Source: the human T2T-CHM13v2.0 reference genome, Homo sapiens
Strand: one strand, 5' to 3'
Length of the DNA: 64,000 nucleotides
NCBI RefSeq assembly: GCF_009914755.1
Contig: NC_060925.1
In this document: positions 57,464 to 64,000 of the stretch, one piece after another
Numbering within the stretch: the stretch's first letter is position 1
How the letters are laid out: the number at the start of each line of letters is the position of its first letter
Notes under the pieces: model-generated
What the model saw: the letters and a program-made list of their open reading frames with translations, nothing else
What the model was told of the DNA's origin: nothing
The model's database searches: none
Translations under genes and position numbers: made by a program

Positions 57464-57608
57464 CCTTCTTTCTTTTCTCTTTTCCTTTCTTCCTCCTTCC
57501 CCTCCCCTCTCATCCCCTCCTCCTGCTTCTCCCTCTTTTCCTTCCTTCCTTCCTTCCTTCCTTCCTTCCTTCCTTCCTTCCTTCCTTCCTTCCTTCCTTC
57601 CTTCCTCT
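57464..57608. repeat. Polypyrimidine tract ending in a perfect (TTCC)17 STR (57538-57605)
   Basis: Direct count; only two purines in 145 nt. Confidence 0.95.
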
Positions 57609-57739
57609 GAATTTCCTGTATATCCTCTCTGAGAGGCCTTACTTAGATGCCACTTGCTCTGCGCTTTTGTTGCCCCTGGCACACATGTGACTCCACCTGG
57701 GTGGTGAGCCCACTGTGTGCTCTTTCCACTCTTACTCAC

Positions 57740-57855
57740 CTGTGCAAGCTCCTGATGGGCAGGTCCCAGTCTTTATCTCTGTATCCCCAGTACTGACACA
57801 GTCCTGGAACATAGTAGGCCCTTGGTGTGTTTTAGGGAAATGAACTAATGAATAG
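57740..57855 (+). mobile_element. L2 3' end
   Basis: gcaagctcctgatgggcagg..ctgtatccccagtactgacacagtcctggaacatagtagg. Confidence 0.7.
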
Positions 57856-57918
57856 TAGGTATTTAGTTAGTATTGCATTGCGTTTTCTGAAGGTAATTTT
57901 AAAAAAACACATACTGTA

Positions 57919-58242
<324 letters not shown>

Positions 58243-58258
58243 TCAGTAAAAATAAGGT

Positions 58259-58489
58259 CAAGGTTTCTCAGCCTCAGCACCATTGACATTTTGGGCAGGA
58301 TACTTTGGTGTTCTGTCACGTGCATTGTCCTATGTGTGGGTCACTGTCCTGTGCGTTGTAGGATGTTAGCAGCACCCATGGCCTCTACTCACCAAATGGC
58401 AGGAGCATTCCCCAGTAGTAACAACCAGAAATGTATCCAGACATTGCCAAATGTCACCTGGGGGCAAATCACCCCAACTGACAATCATC
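58259..58489 (-). mobile_element. MER20 (hAT-Charlie)
   Basis: ccagacattgccaaatgtcacctgggggcaaatcacccc matches reverse MER20. Confidence 0.85.
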
Positions 58490-59322
58490 AAATTAAGATA
58501 AAAGAAGAACTAACATATTGAATTCCATTTAATAAACAAAATTTCTATATGTTGTGGCACCAATAATTCACTAATCCATTTAGTAAACACATTATGGAAT
58601 GATCTTCAAATTAATGGGCTGTATAGTCTTAACCGTTAATGTTTGAGTATTCTGTAAGCTCTTAAGAATTTCAGTATTATAAAATAATCCACCCACCCTT
58701 TGGAGGCTTGAAGCACCTCCACCAGTGGTGAAGAGCCCTTTGGAATCACCTTTGCAGTCATAGGCTCCTAGAAATAACATCAGGAGTATTAGGAAATGGT
58801 GCCCATTGCATTCCTCTCCCGTGGCCTTTACTGGGAACTGTGCTGGAGACTGTGTTATTTCATCGGGGTTGGCTGCCACCAAAGTGTGGGGAGCCATATG
58901 TTAGCTATTCTGTGCAGTAACACCTGCACTCTATATCACAGGCAAGCTTATATGCCTGTAATGATAAGCCTGCCTATGTAGACTTGTGAGTGCACAGTTG
59001 CAGCACAGTTGGCCTGCTCTTTGGGTGTGGGAAGTAGAGTTCATGGAGGTAAACCATTGCCAAGCAAGAGATTTGTACTCTCCCTCATGTTTTGTCCATG
59101 TGAAACCTTTGTAAGTGCAGTGTCCACATGCCCAAGGGGCCCTCAGGTAAAAACACAGATAACAACATTGCTCCAGGGTTTTTCTTTATTAGAATTCTGT
59201 ATTGTCTAACATGATTGGTAAAACCAGGTGAGCTCCTAAATTGTGGTTTTTAGTGACATTCTATAATTCACTGCTGACCTTCTCCCCAATGTTGTGACTT
59301 GGAAAAAAATTCAAATTAAGAC

Positions 59323-59643
<321 letters not shown>

Positions 59644-60014
59644 TAAGGGTTATTCTATTCAGAATCTCATTAGATGTTAAAAAAAAATCAAACCAAAACA
59701 AAAAAATACTTTTTAGTAATTCTGTCCCACACCTTTTACTTTTAATTTATATTACTTTTAATTTGTTCTTTCCCACCTTTTACTATTAATTTGGTGTCGC
59801 TTTATCCTTGCACATATGAACAGAAATATAGTAAATTAAGTAGTAGGCAAAGATAGGCCAAGTCAAGGATAGTAGTAGGGCAAGGATAGAGCCCAGAGGG
59901 AAGAAGTAGAGGGGAAGTGTGTTAGCGGTGACAAATTGTATTCAGAGAGAATGGCTTCAGTGGTATTGATAAGGAAGAAACAACCTTCCCACCAGGTTGT
60001 TTGATGAACCACAC

Positions 60015-60434
60015 TATTAGACCATTCTTGCTTTGCTATAAAGGAATATCTGAGGCTGGGTAATTTATAAAGAAAAAAGGTTTAATTGGCTCACTGGTCT
60101 GTGGGCTGTGCAGGGAGCATGCTGCAGGCATCTGCTGGGCTTCTGGGAAGGCCTCAGGGAGCTTTCACTCATGGCAGAGGGTGACGCAGGAGCAGACAGG
60201 TCACATGGCAGGAGCGGGAGCAAGAAAGAGAAGGGGTTGGGGAGGTGACACACACTTTACAACCAGATCTTGCAAGAACTCACTATCCTGAGGACAACAC
60301 CAAGAATATGGCACTGTTTCATTCATGAGAAATCTGCCCCCATGATTCAATCACCTCCCACCAGGCCACACTTCCAATATTGGGGATTACAGTTCAACAT
60401 GAGATTTAGAGGGAGCAACATCCACACTCTATCA
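60015..60434 (-). mobile_element. MST (MSTA/B-like) ERVL-MaLR solo LTR
   Basis: tattag.ccattcttgc.ttgctataaaggaata.ctgaggctgggtaatttataaag ... ggggattaca.ttcaacatgagattt ... atca; TSD cacac/gacac. Confidence 0.9.
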
Positions 60435-60639
60435 GACACTTTCCCTGGACTGTAAAGCTGGAGTTTTGGTTTGGGTAAAATCTACTGAGTCCATCATTTG
60501 GTGAGAAAAAAAAATCTATGGTACTTAGATGTGCACATCAGGAATTTGTATGTACACATTGATTACAATAATGGTTATAATCCATCATCATCTTCCAAAC
60601 CTGTTCTAAGTGCTTCCGCCTCTGGAGTAGGTGTTCTTA

Positions 60640-60890
60640 CTCGTGCAATTAGGGAACAGTGCCTTAGTTAATTACATTGCTTCAGTTGAAATCCCGACTC
60701 TACCAGTTACTGTCTGTGTGACCTTAGACTGTGCTTTATCTGTAAAATGAAATTATAATATGTAATAGCACCTACCTCATAACACTTTGAAAATTACAGG
60801 AAATAACACATGGCAAAGCTGAGGAGAATATCTGGCATGCAGTGAGCACTCAGTAAATATTAGCTCGTATCACTTTATTGTTATTGTTAT
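60640..60890 (+). mobile_element. MIR
   Basis: ctgtgtgacctt...atctgtaaaatga..aatagcacctacctcat...gagcactcagtaaatattagct. Confidence 0.75.
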
Positions 60891-60949
60891 TCTTACAACC
60901 ACAAAAAAACTGTGTCACTTTCCTGCACTTCACGTCACTAATCCTGCTG

Positions 60950-61205
60950 GTCTTTGATGACTTGTATAGGCCATCACTGCTTCCACAAAGCCTTCCCTAG
61001 CCCTTTCACTAGTTTAATGCCCCCCTCTGTGCCCTCAGAGCCTGCTTCCACTACCAGAGCCCTTACCACATTGTATTGTAATGCTTCCTCTGTTGGCCTG
61101 CCTCCCCTACTGGACTGCAAGGACCTGAAGGTCAAAGAGGTACACTCTAATGCCTACCATAGTACCTGAAGCAGAGAAGATATTCAACAAAGGTTTCTTG
61201 GGTAA
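60950..61205 (+). mobile_element. L2
   Basis: cttaccacattgtattgtaat..cctcccctactggactgcaagg. Confidence 0.6.
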
Positions 61206-63207
61206 ATTATTGAAAGTTTAATTAACTTGCTTAAGGTCACAAAGCTAGTAATTGAGTGAAACCCATGTCTGACTTATAAAAGTAAATAATAAGCTATAAG
61301 AAAAATATTCCTCTAATAATGATAATGCACTAAATTATGATTCCACCTGATTATTACTTACAGAATACTCTCAAAATTACTTGAAACCTTCCAAATTTTG
61401 GCTCTATCATCTCTTCAAACCTCTGTCTGACAATGGTACTCACTTTATACTCTGCCTCCAACATATACACTTGACTTCCTATCCATAGGGTTATCCTTGT
61501 TGCCCCCCATAAATTTGACTTGCACTTTCATCTCCTCTCAAGCAGTCATCAGTATTTATTGAGGCCTACATTGCAGCGACCTGTGATGCTCTAAGGATAC
61601 AGAAATGATATCAGAAGGTGGTGACATTTGAACTGGATCTTCCTGGTGTGAATCAAGCCTTCCCCACTAGCTGTTCTTTGAAAGAAGTTTTGACTAATCT
61701 GTGAGCCCTTGATGACACGAAATATTTTGATATATGTTCTGAGTTCACTGTTCGTATTTGTTTATAGGTTGGCATCAATAGATATTTGTTGAATGAATAA
61801 ATCAGGCTGTAGAGAAACATTTTAGGTTTATAATTAAAGCACCTGAAACAAAAAAAAACACTACATTTAGCTTCTCTCTAACCCTTTTAATGGTAGTTGG
61901 AACATCAGAAATTAGCCATTGAGCTTACTGACTCTTTTTCTAACGATTTACTGTATAAGAGAGCAGAATGCTATTGGCTTCACCAGCTGTGGCCAGAAGG
62001 GCTCCATGTTCAAATTAGCTACAAATCATGTCCCTTATGGCATTGTTGCTAATGGTGACACTGAGGGTCAGAAATGCCTACGGTAGTGAAAAATATTTCA
62101 AGTGCCCCTGACAGTTAACATCTGACAAGAAAGTGCTTTTCTCTGTGTGGGTTTTCGAGGGAGTAAATGAAATTGAACTCGCATACATATATGTTTGTGT
62201 ATACATGCATAAACATGGTACTTTGCATCTGGTCTGTGACTACGCTGCAACCTTGGGAGATTTGATCGATTTTCTGATGTTAGAGGTAGGAATTTAACTA
62301 AGGGAGTATTCTTTGGTAATCGCAAAGCAGAAGGACTTCCATGCAACCTGGTACTGGGTAGCAGCCATTGGCTCTTAATTTTGTAAAAATGACAGATATT
62401 CAATAAAGTATCAGAATGATTAGAGGGAAAAATATTAGAGCTGGAGGAGCTGCCCTACTTCTGAACAAGCAGTTGAAACAAAGGCACTCATTGGAATTCA
62501 TGGTTGGTTGACATTATGTAGCCTGTTGTTGCTTAATTTTGTTTCCTGTATATTTTCAGGGTTGTGTTCATTTGGTTTTAGCAATAAGGACGGGTCATTT
62601 TGGTGCTGTGTCTTTTTAGTTCACCTGCATCCTTGAGTTGAGAGCAGAGAACAGAATGCATATTTATTTTCAATTTTTACATGTTATTTCGTATTTCCAT
62701 AGAGTCTGTGGACTTTTAGGTACAATGATGCTGTCGTGAACAAATAAGATGCTGTCTGAATGTTCCTGAGAGCTTTAGTGCAGTGAACACACCTTCTCAG
62801 CAACAACAAAAGGAGATCAGGGAGGCTTGGCCAATGTACTCTCTCGTCCACATACGGACTGATAAGCCAATCTTCAAAATCAAGATTCTTCCAGAAAGTC
62901 CAAATTGTCGAGTTTATATTTATAGACCACATGTCTGAGAGTCTCCTCCCAACCCCCCTCAACCAAAGATAGTAGTTTAGATATAACAGTTTTTAAAATC
63001 AAGTTCTCACTATAAAATCTGAGTTAGATACTTGGGTAAGGGTGAGGAGTAGAGGGTATGGCTGAGGAAGAAGGGGCATTTCAAAAGAATTGTAATAATC
63101 AGTCCCTGACCTTATAAGAGTTTATATTCTAATTACAGAGAATATAAGTCAGACAGCTCAACAGTGGCAAGATCACATAGTACTAAATACCTGCTGAGGT
63201 CTTAAGG

Positions 63208-63429
63208 CAGTGTTTATACACTGGAGGGTATTTTCCTCCAGGGACCATATGGCTCTCCTTAAGGGTATTCAAAAATGTGTGAGGGCATTTTTGGTGCTCA
63301 CAAGGAGGGGATGTTGCTGGCATTCAGTGGTGCAGGCCAGGGATGCTGAGCATCCTGAGGGGACAGGGCAGTTCTAAACACTGGAACTGATTCCCCTCCG
63401 AATGCTGATAACCCTGATGAGAAACATTG
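63208..63429 (+). mobile_element. MER20B-like hAT element
   Basis: cagtgttt...gcatttttggt..cacaa..gctggcattcagtgg..ggccagggatgct...gagaaacattg. Confidence 0.6.
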
Positions 63430-64000
63430 TAGTGGTTCCGAGAAGAACAAGAGCGCTCTTACTTGGAGCCGAGTCTGAGATGTCCTCAACACGTTCTGTG
63501 AGTCAAAGGTTCTGTTCCCTAAAATCAAGGAAGTGGCCTGGATCATAAAGTGCTTCAATGATCAAAGTCAGTCAAGTGAAATGTGTCGATCATTCTCCTG
63601 CCTAAAAGGCCAAATTCTTTCAGCATTGATTTAAAGCTATAAGGAATCAAGACCCTTTCTTTAATGATGCTTTCTGATGATTCTCCATTTGTATTGACGG
63701 AAGGAGCTAAAGTGTGGAGGCTCTGCACTAGAGGGTAGTTTATTTTAAAAAGTTATTTCTGCATTTAGTGTTAATATTAATTGCTTATTTTATATGCCTT
63801 TTTATACCATCTGAAGTACTTTCACATCTAAAAAAATTTAAATAACTTTTTTTCAAAAAAATACTGAAAAATAAAATCAGATTTCTAAATTAAATAAATT
63901 AAATTCAGTTTCCTAGAGCAGGCAGCATGGCATATTTAGTTATCAACAGGAATTTTCAGCAAACGAAAGTCTTTTAAAAAATAAAGTGAAACTGGAAAAA

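Noticed and set aside
57360-57739. ORFs with PSFL or RKEG repeats
   Set aside because: They are reading frames through the (TTCC)n microsatellite.
60343-60353. DUX4-like TGATTCAATCA in the MST LTR
   Set aside because: It is a consensus feature of the family and the LTR is antisense to NFIA, so nothing is locus-specific.

Overview
Primate, almost certainly human, genomic DNA. It is AT-rich and CpG-depleted, with about 21 Alus plus MIR, L2, MaLR LTRs and MER DNA transposons. The only supportable coding sequence is one 66-nt spliced exon at 24288-24353 (+). It reads (D)[21 protein letters not shown](G), which I recognise as the NFIA (nuclear factor I A) exon just after the DNA-binding domain. 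The rest of the window is NFIA intron, and every entry in the ORF track is repeat-derived or spurious. I see no new gene system. The most unusual items are: (1) a 75-bp non-tandem duplication whose second copy ends in nested fold-back sequence, a templated-insertion repair scar; (2) an Alu whose poly(A) tail is an A-to-G converted GC-box tract inside an intact TSD; (3) an ancient ~265-bp tandem duplication that keeps a GATA/Forkhead composite site in both copies; (4) a sense THE1 LTR with an intact DUX4 motif, TATA box and splice donor; (5) a perfect NFI palindrome inside NFIA itself; and (6) a candidate in-frame 12-nt microexon. Repeat subfamily calls are from remembered consensus sequences, and boundaries of old repeats are approximate.
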